Part shown: piece after piece, positions 50,801-64,000 of the stretch | Layout: the number at the start of each line of letters is the position of its first letter | How positions within the stretch are numbered: position 1 is the stretch's first letter | From: Mobula hypostoma | Lineage: Eukaryota | DNA: 64,000 bases | NCBI RefSeq assembly: GCF_963921235.1 | Contig: NC_086107.1 | Location: 103,728,001-103,792,000, forward strand | Direction of reading: 5' to 3' | Notes under the pieces: model-generated | Seen by the model: the letters and a program-made list of their open reading frames with translations, nothing else | Told to the model about the DNA's origin: nothing | Databases searched by the model: none | Translations under genes and position numbers: made by a program

Positions 50801-51889
50801 CTCTTATGTTGGAGGGACCCACCTGGGTCCTGGTACCTCTCAATGCCTCCTAATACATTTCAAAGCTGCGATCCTCTCTCCGACACTTCAGCCGGACTCT
50901 GTCATCTCACTTACCGTCCCACGTCTCAGTAAACAGGAGACGAGTCATCGGCGCCCGGAACCGTGCAGAACAAAGTGTTGCTGCCTCTTCATGTTAGTGC
51001 AACAGCTTCTCCAAGCTTCACTGCCCGCAAATATCCCTGTTGCATTAAGCGGAGCCCATTCATTGCTGACTAATTTTCATACTCGAGGAATAAAGCAAAA
51101 TCATCCCCTAATCAACTCAAGTAACTATTTATCTAAACGTTGGATTGTACTGCGCTTTTGAAATCTTCAATAGTTCAATAGTTCCATTTAATATCAGAGA
51201 ATGAACACAATCTACAATCTGAAATTCTTGTTCTTCACAGACATCCACGAAAACAGAAGAGTGAGTGACAGTAAAAACGTTAGAACCCCAAAGCCCCCTC
51301 TACTCCCCCCCTCCCACGCACAAGCATTGGCCCTCCCCCTTATCACACACAAACTGCCAGAGGAACTCAGAAAGCCAGGCAGCATCTGTGGAAAAAAGTA
51401 CAGTCGACGTTTCGGGCCGAGACCCTTCGGCAGGACTCCCACTCCCCACTTCCTTCAGCAAAATGCATCTGCACCCTCCACCCACCAGTCTTGAGGACAA
51501 CATGCAAAAGGGTCACCTACCCCCAGACACCCACCCTCCAACTCCCACCCCGGGAGAGGTGAAGGTGCCACATTTCTCCCTGGGTTCCGTTCCTGAAAGA
51601 ATCCTGCGATCCTAGAGAGAATGTCTGAGCGAAGTAGGTTTGCCCTGACGACGGTTCTCGGGCTGAACTAGCCATTGTTTATTCCGCTCAGACGCTGCCT
51701 GAGCTGCTGAGTTCCTCCAGCACTCTGCGTGTGTTGCACGGTTTGGAAGAGGTGGGTAGAGTCGCTGACTCACGGCGCCAGAGACCAGATGTTCGATCCT
51801 GACCTCCGATGCTGTCTGTGTGGGGTCTGCACGCTCTCCCTGTAACCGCAGGGTCCGGTTTCAGACCATAAGGTATAGCCCTGGGGATT

Positions 51890-53350
51890 TATCCACCCTA
51901 ATTCGCCTCAAGACAGCAACACCTCACCATCTGTAATCTGTATGGAGTCCATGAAGTTGATGTCGCTTTGCCTCCCTTCAATAGACAGAGTAAATACAGA
52001 TGCAAAAAGTTTATTTAAGATCTCTTCTTGCTCCACACATGGATTACCTTTCCGATCTTCCAGAGGACCAATTTTGTCCCTTGCTACCCATTTGCTCTGA
52101 ACCTATCTGTAGAATCTCTTAGGATTCGCCTTCACCTGCGAAGGAAACCTCGTGCCTTCTTTTAGCCCTCTTGATTTCCTTCTTAAGTGTTCTCTTGCAT
52201 TTCTTGTGCTCTATAAGCACCTCATTTGCTGCTACCTGTCTATAACTGCAAAGAGCCTCCTGTTTTTTCTTAACCAGGGCTCCCCTGCACCTGTTATCTT
52301 TACCTTTTATTCTGATGGGTGCATACAAGTTTTACTCTCAAAATTTCACTTTTGACGGCCTCTCACTTACCAAGTACACCTTTGCCAGAAAACAGCCTGA
52401 AGGAATCCACACTTGCCAGATCCTTTCTGATACCGTCAAAATTGGTCATACTCCAATTTAGAATCTCAACCTGCAGACCAGACCTACCTTTTTGTATATT
52501 TACTTTGAAACTCATATCATTGTGATCACTGGTTGCAAACTGTTCCCCTACACAAGCTTCTGTCACCTGTCCTGTCTCATTCCCTAATAGCAGATCAAGT
52601 ATCACACGCTCTCTTATTGGGACTTCTAAGTACTGATGAAGGAAACTTTCCTGAACATATTTGACAAACTATCCCATCTAGTCTTTCTACAGTATGTGAG
52701 TCCCAGTCAATATGTGGAAAGTTAAAATCACCTACTATAACAACTTTATACTTTATTGTCACCAAACAATTGATACTAGAGCGTACAATCATCCCAGCGA
52801 TATTTCATTCTGCTCTTCGTGCTCCTTGGAGTACAAATCGATAGTAAATATTAAAAATTTAAATTATAAATCGTAAATAGAAAATAGAAAATGGAAAGTA
52901 AGGTAGTGTGAAAAAAAAAAGAGGCAGGTCCGGATATTTGGAGGGTACGGCCCAGATCTGGGTCAGGATCCATTCAGCAGTCTTACCACAGTTGGAAAGA
53001 AGCTGTTCCCAAATCTGGCCGTACAAGTCTTCAAGCTCCTGAGCCTTCTCCCAGAGGGAAGAGGGACACAAAGTCTGTTGGCTGGGTGGGTCGTGTCCTT
53101 ATCAATCCTTAACAACCTTATCTTTCTCACAACCTCTACAACCTCTCTATAAATTTGTTCCTCTAAATCTCTGGGATTGTTGGGTGGTCTGTAATATAGC
53201 CCCATTAACATAGTCATACCTTTCTTATTTCTCAGTTCCACCCATAGTGCCTCACTAGTTGAGTTCACTAGTCGGTTCTGACGGAGCACTGCCGTGACAT
53301 TTTCCTTGACTAGTAATGCCACCCCTCCTCCTTTAATCCCTCCTGCTCTG
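51890..53350 (-). mobile_element. Degraded CR1 ORF2 fragment, interrupted by a Rex-type fragment (~52745-53105)
   Basis: Remnants GGGVALLVKE, LWVELRNKKG, GLYYRPP, GDFNFPHIDW, LDLLLGNETGQV, SDHN. Confidence 0.8.
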
Positions 53351-53351
53351 T

Positions 53352-54095
53352 CACATCGGGAGCATCGGGAGGGTGATATACTGCGTCCGGTGCTCCCGAT
53401 GTGGCCTTTTATATATTGGCGAGACCCGACACAGACTGGGAGACCGCTTTGCTGAACATCTACGCTCTGTCCGCCAGAGAAAGCAGGATCTCCCAGTGGC
53501 CACACATTTTAATTCCACATCCCATTCCCATTCTGACACGTCTATCCACGGCCTCCTCTACTGTAAAGATGAAGCCACACTCAGGTTGGAGGAACAACAC
53601 CTTATATTCCGTCTGGGTAGCCTCCAACCTGATGGCATGAACATCGACTTCTCTAACTTCCACTAAGGCCCCACCTCCCCCTCGTACCCCATCTGTTACT
53701 TATTTTTATACACACATTCTTTCTCTCACTCTCCTTTTTCTCCCTCTGTCCCTCTGAATATAGCCCTTGCCCATCCTCTGGGTCCCCCCTCCTTGTCTTT
53801 CTTCCCGGACCTCCTGTCCCATGATCCTCTCATATCCCTTTTGCCAATCACCTGTCCAGCTCTTGGCTCCATCCCTCCCCCTCCTGTCTTCTCCTACCAT
53901 TTTGGATCTCCCCCTCTCCCTCCCACTTTCAAATCCCTTACTCACTCTTTCTTCAGTTAGTCCTGACGAAGGGTCTCGGCCTGAAACGTCGACTGTACCT
54001 CTTCCTAGAGATGCTGCCTGGCCTGCTGCGTTCACCAGCAACTTTGATGTGTGTTGCTTGAATTTCCAGCATCTGCAGAATTCCTGTTGTTTGCT
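53352..54095 (+). mobile_element. Penelope-like element: GIY-YIG endonuclease ORF end plus terminal repeat
   Basis: ORF 53373..53666 IYCVRCSRCGLLYIGETRHRLGDRFAEH...VATHFN...RLEEQHLIFRLGSLQPDGMN is a PLE-type GIY-YIG domain. Confidence 0.9.
53958..53995 (+). ncRNA. Minimal type I hammerhead ribozyme motif (intact core) in Penelope-like terminal repeat
   Basis: agtc-CTGACGA-agggtctcggcct-GAAA-c-GTC-gact: conserved CUGANGA and GAAA cores, GUC cleavage triplet, stem I agtc/gact, palindromic acgt instead of a full stem III. Confidence 0.7.
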
Positions 54096-54708
54096 TTTAA
54101 TTCCTGACTTTGAGGTCTTAACTCGTACCTGTACTTGCTGGCATTTAGGAAAATGAGTGGGAGAGGAATCTCATTGAAACCAACTGCATACTGAAAAGCC
54201 TAAACAGAATGGATCTCTCCTATAGTGGGGGAGTCTAGGACCAGAGGATGCAAGTATTGCCATGCTTCCAGCACCATCATTGCATAGCCTCAACTCACGG
54301 ACCCTCACCCATACTGCTTTTCCTGGGCGACACAGTCACAGTCAAATCGGTGCAGGAGACCCCATGCAAGGGGAAATAAAAATAAGACAGGGATATGTGG
54401 AGCGGCCATTGTGTGAGTGGGCCAGTGCCAGAGTGCGGTATCTTTGTCTCATCAGATGTGGGCAAGGTAAGTATCTTTATTCTTTGTTAGTGCATTGTTA
54501 GAGCAGTGAGAATGGCTCAGGGGCAGCGCTGGGTCCTTTGTGTGAGATGTGGAAGTTCTGGGAATCCTCCAGCCTCTGAGAAAACCGCATCGACACCAGG
54601 TACACCCTGCTGCAGCTCCTCACAGAATTTGTTAAAGAACTGGAGCTGCAATGCAGTGACCTGCAGCTCATACAGGACACTGAGTAGATGATGGATGGGA
54701 GCTACAGG

Positions 54709-57700
54709 AAACATAGAAAACATAGAAAACATAGAAAATAGGTGCAGGAGTAGGCCATTCGGCCCTTCAAGCCTGCACCGCCATTTATTTGATTATGGCT
54801 GATCATCCAACTCAGAACCCTGCCCCAGCCTTCCCTCCATACCCCCTGATCCCCGTAGCCACAAGGGCCATATCTAACTCCCTCTTAAATATAGCCAATG
54901 AACCGGCCTCAACTGTTTCCTGTGGCAGAGAATTCCACAGATTCACCACTCTCTGTGTGAAGAAGTTTTTCCTAATCTCGGTCCTAAAAGGCTTCCCCTC
55001 TATCCTCAAACTGTGGCCCCTCGTTCTGGACTTCCCCAACATCGGGAACAATCTTCCTGCATCTAGCCTGTCCAATCCCTTTAGGATTTTATACGTTTCA
55101 ATCAGATCCCCCCTCAATCTTCTAAATTCCAACGAGTACAAGCCCAGTTCATCCAGTCTTTCTTCATATGAAAGTCCTGCCATCCCAGGAATCAATCTGG
55201 TAAACCTTCTTTGTACTCCCTCTATGGCAAGGATGTCTTTCCTCAGATTAGGGGACCAAAGCTGCACACAATACTCCAGGTGTGGTCTCACCAAGGCCTT
55301 GTACAACTGCAGTAGTACCTCCCTGCTCCTGTACTCGAATCCTCTTGCTATAAATGCCAGCATACCATTCGCCTTTTTCACTGCCTGCTGTACCTGCATG
55401 CCCACTTTCAATGACTGGTGTATAATGACACCCAGGTCTCATTGCACCTCCCCTTTTCCTAATCGGCCACCATTCAGATAATAATCTGTTTTCCTATTTT
55501 TGCCACCAAAGTGGATAACCTCACATTTATCCACATTAAATTGCATCTGCCATGAATTTGCCCACTCACCCAACCTATCCAAGTCACCCTGCATCCTCTT
55601 AGCATCCTCCTCACAGCTAACACTGCCGCCCAGCTTCGTGTCATCCGCAAACTTGGAGATGCTGCATTTAGTTCCCTCATCCAAGTCATTAATATATATT
55701 GTAAACAACTGGGGTCCCAGCACTGAGCCTTGCGGTACCCCACTAGTCACCGCCTGCCATTCTGAAAAGGTCCCGTTTATTCCCACTCTTTGCTTCCTGT
55801 CTGCTAACCAATTCTCCACCCACACCAATACCTTACCCCCAATACCGTGTGCTTTAAGTTTGCAACTAATCTCCTGTGTGGGACCTTGTCAAAAGCCTTT
55901 TGAAAATCCAAATATACCACATCCACTGGTTCTCCCCTATCCACTCTACTAGTTACATCCTCAAAAAATTCTATGAGATTCGTCAGACATGATTTTCCTT
56001 TCACAAATCCATGCTGACTTTGTCCGATCATTTCACTGCTTTCCAAATGTGCTGTTATCACATCCTTGATAACTGACTCCAGCAGTTTCCCCACCACCGA
56101 CGTTAGGCTAACGGGTCTATAATTCCCCGGTTTCTCTCTCCCTCCTTTTTTAAAAAGTGGAGTTACATTAGCCACCCTCCAATCCTCAGGAACTAGTCCA
56201 GAATCTAACGAGTTTTGAAAAATTATCATTAATGCATCCACTATTTCTTGGGCTACTTCCTTAAGCACTCTAAGATGCAGACCATCTGGCCCCGGGGATT
56301 TATCTGCCTTCAATCCCTTCAATTTACCTAACACCACTTCCCTACTAACATGTATTTCGCTCAGTTCCTCCATCTCACTGGACCCTCTGTCCCATACTAT
56401 TTCTGGAAGATTATTTATGTCCTCCTTAGTGAAGACAGAACCAAAGTAATTATTCAATTGGTCTGCCATGTCCTTGCTCCCCATAATCAATTCACCTGTT
56501 TCTGTCTGCAGGGGACCTACATTTGTCTTTACCAGTCTTTTCCTTTTTACATATCTATAAAAGCTTTTACAGTCCGTTTTTATGTTCCCTGCCAGTTTTC
56601 TCTCATAATCTTTTTTCCCTTTCCTAATTAAGCCCTTTGTCCTCCTCTGCTGAACTCTGAATTTCTCCCAGTCCTCAGGTGAGCCACTTTCTCTGGCTAA
56701 TTTGTATGCTTCTTCTTTGGAATTGATACTATCCCTAATTTCTCTTGTCAGCCACGGGTGCACTACCTTCCTTGATTTATTCTTTTGCCAAACTGGGATG
56801 AGCAATTGTTGTAGTTCATCCATGCAACCTTTAAATGCTTGCCATTGCATATCCACCGTCAATCCTTTAAGTGTCATTTGCCAATCTATCTTAGCTAATT
56901 CACGTCTCATACCTTCAAAGTTACCCCTCTTTAAGTTCAGAACCTTTGTCTCTGAATTAACTATGTCACTCTCCATCTTAATGAAGAATTCCACCATATT
57001 ATGGTCACTCTTACCCAAGGGGCCTCTCACAACAAGATCGCTAATTAACCCTTCCTCATTGCTCAAAACCCAGTCCAGAATAGCCTGCTCTCTAGTTGGT
57101 TCCTCGACATGTTGGTTCAAAAAACCATCCCGCATACATTCCAAGGAATCCTCTTCCTCAGCACCTTTACCAATTTGGTTCACCCAATCTACATGTAGAT
57201 TGAAGTCACCCATTATAACTGCTGTTCCTTTATTGCACACATTTCTAATTTCCTGTTTAATACCATCTCCGACCTCACTACTACTGTTAGGTGGCCTGTA
57301 CACAACTCCCACCAGTGTCTTCTGCCCCTTAGTGTTACGCAGCTCTACCCATATCGATTCCACATCTTCCCGGTTTATGTCCTTCCTTTCTATTGCGTTA
57401 ATCTCTTCTTTAACCAGCAATGCCACCCCACCTCTCCTTCCTTTATGTCTATCCCTCCTGAATATTGAATATCCCTGAACGTTGAGCTCCCATCCCTGGT
57501 CACCCTGGAGCCATGTCTCTGTGATCCCAACTATATCATAATCATTAATAACAATCTGCACTTTCAATTCAACCACCTTATTACGAATGCTCCTTGCATT
57601 GACACACAAAGCCTTCAGGCGCTCTTTTACAACTCTCTTAGCCCTTGTACAATTATGTTGAAAAGTGGCCCTTTTTGATGCTTGCCCTGGATTTGTTGGC

Positions 57701-58170
57701 CTGCCACTTTTACTTTTCTCCTTAGTACTTTTTGCTTCTACCCTCATTTTACACCCCTCTGTCTCTCTGCACTGGTTCCCATCCCTCTGTTGTGAACTAA
57801 CCTCCTCACGCCTAGCCTCTTTAATTTGATTCCCACCCCCCAACCATTCTAGTTTAAAGTCACCTCAGTAGCCCTCGCTAATCTCCCTGCCAGGATATTG
57901 GTCCCCCTAGGATTCAAGTGTAACCCGTCCTTTTTGCACAGGTCACGCCTGCGCCAAAAGAGGTCCCAAAGATCCAAAAACTTGAATCCCTGCCCCCTGC
58001 TCCAATCCCTCAGCCACGCATTTATCCTCCACCTCATCGCATTCCTGCTCTCACTGTCGCGTGGCACAGGCAGTCATCCCGAGATTACTACCTTTGCGGT
58101 TCTTTTTCTCAACTCCCTTCCTAGCTCCCTATATTCTCCTTTTAGGACCTCATCCCTTTTCCTACCTAAC
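54709..58170 (-). mobile_element. CR1 LINE, near full length: ORF1 esterase (SGNH-like) part plus ORF2 with two frameshifts
   Basis: ORF1 ...WRINAWLRDWSRGQGFKFLDLWDLFW...DGLHLNPRGT (57849..58067); ORF2 pieces 55804..57843, 55439..55828, 54812..55411 with APE and RT motifs; (tttctatgt)n tail at ~54709-54738. Confidence 0.95.
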
Positions 58171-61100
58171 CTCAGGCAGTCACCCCTAAGATGCAGGAGG
58201 CAGGAAAACGGGCAACTATCAGGAGAGGGAAGGGAAATAGGAAGCCAGTACCCTGTGGCCATTCCCCTCAATAATAAGCATACCATTTTGAGGGGGACAA
58301 CCTACTGAGGGGTGGGGGGAACCCACAGCAAATGAGTCTCTGGAACTGAGTCTGTCACTGAGGTTCGGAAGGGAAGGGGAAAGAAGATGGTGGCACGACT
58401 CAGCTTGCAGCGACCACTCCAGTGATGAATATCTGTTCTCTGTCCAAGTAGGGTGCCGTGCACAATCCTGATTTGATGGAGACAGACGTGACCGCACGGA
58501 GGAACATCTGGTGAAACTTCTGAAATGCCTGTTTCGCTGCCGCTGCTACTGTGTGATCCAGAATCTCCGGAGGGGAAGGCCCCGAGTCCTCGGCTTTGCC
58601 TGTTGCTCGGCTGCCGGGGTGGGGTTGAAGCGCTCGGCAGAGATGGTGCTCGGTGCTCGGTGTCGGATGGCAGGTCGGAGGCTTGAAGTTTTTGGACGGA
58701 CTCAGAGTCTGCTGCCTCCAATGCACCGGCAAGTTTGTGGCGCTTGGAGGTTCATGGCGGGGAGAGTTTCTCCCTTCTACTGTCTGCGTGAGATGACGGG
58801 GCTATCGGGACTTGAGACTTTTTTTTTACCGTGCCCATGGTCTGCTCTTTATCAAGTTACGGTATTGCTTTGCACTGTTATAACTATATGTTATAATTAT
58901 GTGGTTTTGTCAGTTTTAGTTTTGGTTTGTCCTGTGTTTCTGTGATATCCTTCTGGAGGAACATTGTATCATTTTTTAATGCATGCATTTCTAAATGACA
59001 ATAAACGAGGACTGAGTGTCCTCATAATCTAATCTAATCTAAAAAAAAGAAGAGGACTGCAGTAATGATTGGTGATTCTATCTCAGAGGTGTAGACACAA
59101 GATTCTGTGGACATGATAGAGACACCCTGATGGTATGTTGCCTCCTAGGTGCCAGGGTTGGGGATCGGGTCCCCAACATTCTAAAGAACGAGGCGTAGCC
59201 AGAAGTCTTGGTACCTTTGGTACCAATGACACAAGTAGGAAAATCGAGGAGATCCTGAAAGGAGAATTTAGAGAGATAGATAGAAAGCTGAAAAGCTGGA
59301 CCTCCAGGGTAGTAATCTCTGGATTGCTGCCTGTGCCATGTACCAGTGAGAGTAAGAATAGGGTGATTTAGCAGATGAATGTTTGGCTGAGAAACTGGTT
59401 CAGGAGGCACAATTTCAGATTTCTAGATCTTTGGGATCTCTTCTGGTGAAAGGTATGACCTATACAAAAGGGACCAGTCACTCCTGAACCTGAAGGGGAC
59501 CAATATCCTTGCGGGCAGGTTTGCTGGAGCTGTTCAGGAGGGTCAAAACTAATTTGGAAGGGCATGGGAACTGGAATGATAGGGCTGTTGGTTTACAAGC
59601 AGAGGCAGTATGTAGTAAGACTGTCAGGAAGGACAGGCTGATGATAGGGCAAAATTACAGTCGGAGGGATGAGTTGCAGGGTAAAAGGGGACAAAATCGA
59701 TGGATAGAGGTCTGAAAGTTTTATATTTGAATGCACACAGTTTATGAAATAAAGTAGATGATCTTGCAGCGCAGTTAGAGATTGGCGGGTATGATGTTGT
59801 GGGCATCACTGAGTCGTGGCTGAAAGATTATAGTTAGGAGCTCTAAGTCCAAATGTACACATTGTATCGAAAGGACAGGCAGGTAGGTAGAGGGGGTGGC
59901 ATGGCTGTAATGGTAAAAAATAAAATCAAATCCTTAGAAAGGGGTAACACAGGATAGGAAGATGTAGAAAACTTGAGGGTAGAGTTCAGAGACTGCAAGG
60001 GTACAAAAACCCTGATGGGAATTATACAAAGGACTCTGTACAGTAGCCAGGATGTGGGCTACAAAGTACAACTGGAGAGAGAAAAGGCATGTCAAGAGGG
60101 CAATGTTTTGATGGTCATGGGGGATTTCAATATGCAGGTAGATTGGGAAGATCAGATTGGTGCTGTTTCCGAAGAGAGAGAATTTGTAGAATGCCTGCAA
60201 GATGGCTTTTCAGAGCAGCCTGTGGTTGAGCCCACTAGGGGATCAGCTGTTCTGGGGTCGGCTGTTGGGTGAAAGACACTGAAGTTCGGGTGTGTCGGGA
60301 GGCAAAAGTGAGTGCAGTTGCTATTAGTAGGGATAGCTTGGGAAACTGAAAGGTAGATAAGCCACCTGGACCAGATGAACTACACCACAGGGTTCTGAAA
60401 GAGGTAGCCGAAGAGATTGTGGAGGCATCAGTAATGATCTTTCCAGTATCGGAGGCTCGAAGTTTTCGGACTGACTCAAGGGTCGGCTGTGGTCGGGTGC
60501 TTCCAGGGTGCTGCATTGGCAAGTTTGCGGCGCTGGAGGTTCATGGCAGGAAGAGAGTTTCTCTTCCTTCTACTGTCTGCGTGAGATGATGAGACTTTCG
60601 AGAGACTTTGAGACTTTTTTTTACCGTGCCCATGGTCTGTTCTTTATCAAATTATGGTATTGCTTGCTCCGTTGTAACTATATGTTATAATTATGTGGTT
60701 TGTGTCATTTTTTTTTAGTCTTGGTTTGTCTTTTGTGTCTGTGATATCATTCTGGAGGAACATTGTATCATTTCTTAATGCATGCATTACTAAATGACAA
60801 TAAAAGAGGACTGCGTGTCCTCATAATCTAATCTAATCTCTAGATTCTGGAATGGTTCTGGAGGACTGGAGAATTGTAAATGTCACTCCATTCCTCAAGA
60901 AGGGAAGGAGGCATTAGAAAGGAAATTATAGGCCAGTTAGCCTGACTTTAGTGGTTGGGAAGATGTTGGAGTTAATTGTTTGGGATGTAGTTTCAGGGTA
61001 CTTGGAGGCACAGGATAAGACAGGCCAAAGGTAGCATGATTTCCTTAAGGGAGAATCTTGCTGGACAAATCTGTTAGAATGCTTTGAGGAAATAACAAGC

Positions 61101-62160
61101 AGGATAGACAAAGGAGAATCGATGGATTTTGTGTACATAGATTTTCAGAAGACTGTTGACAAGGTGCCACACGTGAGGCCACTTAACAAGAGGCCACGGT
61201 ATTACAGGAGAGATACTAGCATGGGTAAAGCATTGGCTGGCGGGCAAGAGGCAGACTGGGAATAAAGGGAGGTTTTGCTGCTTGGCTGCAGCTGACTAGT
61301 GTTCTGCAGAGGTCAGTGTTGGGACCACTTCTTTTTACATTGACTGATTTGATGGCTTTGTGGCCAAGTTTTCAGATGATATGAAGATAGGTAGAGGGGT
61401 AGGTAGTGTTGAGGAAGCAGAGAGGCTACAGAAGGACTTTGATTAGGAGAGTGGGCAAAGAAGTCGCAAATGGAATAACAAGTCAGAAAATGTATGGTCA
61501 TGCATTTTGGTAGAAGGAATAAAGACATAGTCTCCAGCCCCTTGGTTAGGCCCTCAGAGACCTTGGTATGAACATAGAATTCTCCAACTTCTGGTAATTC
61601 CCTCCCCCTCCCTTTCCCTATCCCTCGTCACTCTGCCCCCTCCCCCAGCTGCCTATCACCTCCCTCATGGTTCCGCCTCCTTCTACTACCCATTGTGTTT
61701 TCCCCTATTCCTTCTTCACCTTTCCTGCCTATCCCGTCCCTGCTTCCCCTCCCCCACCCCTTTATCTTTCCCCTTACTGGTTTTTCACCTGGAACCTACC
61801 AGCTTTCTCCTTCCCACCCTCCCCCCACCTTCTTTATAGGGCCTCTGCCCCTTCCCTCTACAGTCCTGACGAAGGGTTCCGGCCCAAAACATCGACTCAT
61901 CGTTTCCACGGATGCTGCCCGACCTGCTGAGTTCCTCCAGTGTGTTGAGAGTGTTGCTAAAAACATAGACTATTTTCTAAATGGGGAGAAAGTTCAAAAA
62001 TCCAAGGTGCAAAGAGGAGGGAGTCCTCGTGCAGGATTGCTGAAAGTTTGATTTGCAGGTTGAGGTGGTGGTGAGGAAGGCAAGTTTAATGTTAGCATTC
62101 ATTTCGAGAGGACTTGAATATAAAAGCAATGATATAATATTGAGGCCTGATAGATGTTTA
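58171..62160 (+). mobile_element. Older degraded CR1 (5' part at ~54400-54707), invaded by younger elements
   Basis: ORF1 remnants GTNDT.RK..EIL..EFRE..RKLKS.TSRVVISGLLPVP and ORF2 remnants GDFNM.VDW; interrupted at 58384-59040, ~60446-60839 and ~61530-61957 (Penelope-like). Confidence 0.8.
58384..59040 (+). mobile_element. Copy of the (TCTAA)n-tailed non-autonomous retroelement
   Basis: aagatggtggc head, aatctaatctaatct tail, apparent short TSD aaagaag(a). Confidence 0.8.
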
Positions 62161-63294
62161 TTAGATTAAGAAGGGCATGGACAGGGTTGAAATGTCATAC
62201 TAGAGGGCATGCATTTAAGATCAAGGGTCTACCAACCTCTGCCCTAAATATACCCAATGACCTGGCCTCCACAGCCACCTGTGGAAACAAACTACCCTCT
62301 GGCTAAAGAAATTCCTCCTCATCTCTGTTCTAAATGGACTTCTCTCTATTCTGAAGCTGTGCCCTCTGGTCCTAGACTTCCCCACCATAGGAAATATCCT
62401 CTCCACATCCACTCTACGAGAGGCTGGTCAGCCTCTCAAGAATTCCCAACTCACAGCATTCCCATTTTACAGCAACCTATCTCTTTCACTTGCTGATCAA
62501 CATGACAGACAACTCCTCTGGTCTACAGGCTGTCTCCAGGGACGCACAGGGAGACAAACGTCAAGTGCTGACGGCAGATTATCATCTCAGTGAAAGACAC
62601 CCCTGGGTCGGGACAGTTTACAACGACCAATTAGTACGCCTTTGGACCGTGGGGGGGGGGGACCGGAGCACTCGGAGTAAACCGATGCAGTTACGGGGAG
62701 AACGTACAAAGTCTTTAGAGGCAGCGACGGGAATTGAACCCAGGTCGCCTGTACTGTAAACCACTGTGCTAACGTGCCACCCGTTGATGAAAACATTGAC
62801 TATGAACGTAAAGAATGAAAAGGTTTATTGCAATTTTTTTAAATTTTGAATAAAGTTTATTGTGTTTTTTTAAAAAATGCTAATAATCCTTCTTCTCATT
62901 TACATCAGAGGCAATCTACAGCGGAGGAAATGAGAGAGCAGCCAGGGAGGCTCAAATGGTCACAGCGAGAAGGTACAATCTTCACACAGGCAGTGACGGA
63001 GGTCAGGATTGAACTTGTGTCACTGGAGCACAAAGCAGTAACTACACCCCCCCCACCACCTCTTTAGCCAATTCCGATTTCGATTCAGAGATGCAGCACA
63101 GTGACAGGTCCTTCTGTCCCAATGAGCCCGCATCGCCCAATTACATGTATGTCTTTGGAAAGTGCGAGGGAACCCACACGGTCATGGGGAGAACAAACTG
63201 TTGTGTATTTAATATTTAAGTAATATTTGAGTAACTTTGTATATATGTTGGTTGATGAAGCATTCCTGTTCATTTAAATAATTAATTACGAGTT

Positions 63295-63795
63295 ATTAGA
63301 TTAGATTATGAGGACACGCAGTCCTCTTTTATTGTCATTTAGTAATGCATGCATTAAGAAATGATACAATGTTCCTCCAGAATGATATCACAGAAACACA
63401 AGACAAACCAAGACTGAAAAACTGACAAAAACCCCATAATTATAACATATAGTTACAACAGTGCAAAGCAATACTGTAATTTGATAAAGAACAGACCATG
63501 GGCACGGTAAAAAAAAGTCTCAAAGTCTCTCGAAAGTCCCAACATCTCACGCAGACGGTAGAAGGAAGAAAAACTCTCCCTCCCATGAACCTCCAGCGCC
63601 GCAAACACCCTGGAAGCACCCGACCGCAGCCGACTCTGAGTCCGTCCGAAAACTTCGAGCCTCTGACCAGCCCTCCGACACCGAGCACCATCTCTGCTGA
63701 GCGCTTCAACCCCGGCCCCGGCAACAGGCAGTAGGCAAAGCTGAGGATCTGGGGCCTTCCCCTCTGGAGATTCTCGATCGCACAGTAGCAACGGC
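63295..63795 (-). mobile_element. 5'-truncated copy of the (TCTAA)n-tailed element
   Basis: ttagattagattatgaggacacgcagtcctc... matches 28754 onward. Confidence 0.8.
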
Positions 63796-64000
63796 ATGTG
63801 TTATATGCATAAATACATGAATGGCATATGACATGACGCTACCACGTAAAGCGAGCATGGCTCACTAAAAGCAAAACACGTTCCCTGGACACCTGTGTCC
63901 TCCTTTGAACTATTTTAATGTTTTGAAGTTGCAGAACATAACTCGTACAAACGAGTGGGAATGAACCCGGGTTGCGGTACTGGAACAGCGTTACGCTGAC

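Noticed and set aside
54789..57478. Long plus-strand ORFs (230, 150 and 258 aa) and similarly 43496..44032
   Set aside because: Antisense shadows of CR1 or Rex ORF2.

Overview
Repeat-rich vertebrate genomic DNA. The repeat landscape (CR1, Rex-Babar, Penelope-like, tRNA-derived SINEs, Tc1 and hAT MITEs) suggests a cartilaginous fish, probably a ray; this is inference. Two host genes, largely missed by the ORF track, can be assembled by hand. (1) On the + strand are the last five coding exons (718-16905) of a TEAD transcription factor YAP-binding domain with TEAD2-type diagnostic residues. (2) On the - strand, converging tail-to-tail with it, is a complete four-coding-exon gene (35053-34993, 26603-26545, 26086-25904, 24549-24391; 153 aa) encoding a highly divergent neurotensin/neuromedin-N-like prepropeptide: signal peptide ... 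RQRSPYIL-KR-QLNSNKKWPYIL-WR.... It has NTS-type intron phases (1,0,0), an AATAAA signal and a candidate promoter/5'UTR exon near 42.6-42.8 kb. This looks like a second, possibly undescribed neurotensin paralog with altered processing sites and is the main finding. The rest of the window is mostly nested transposable elements, including a Gypsy element with a 5-bp TSD, near-complete CR1 LINEs and Penelope-like repeats carrying minimal hammerhead ribozyme motifs.
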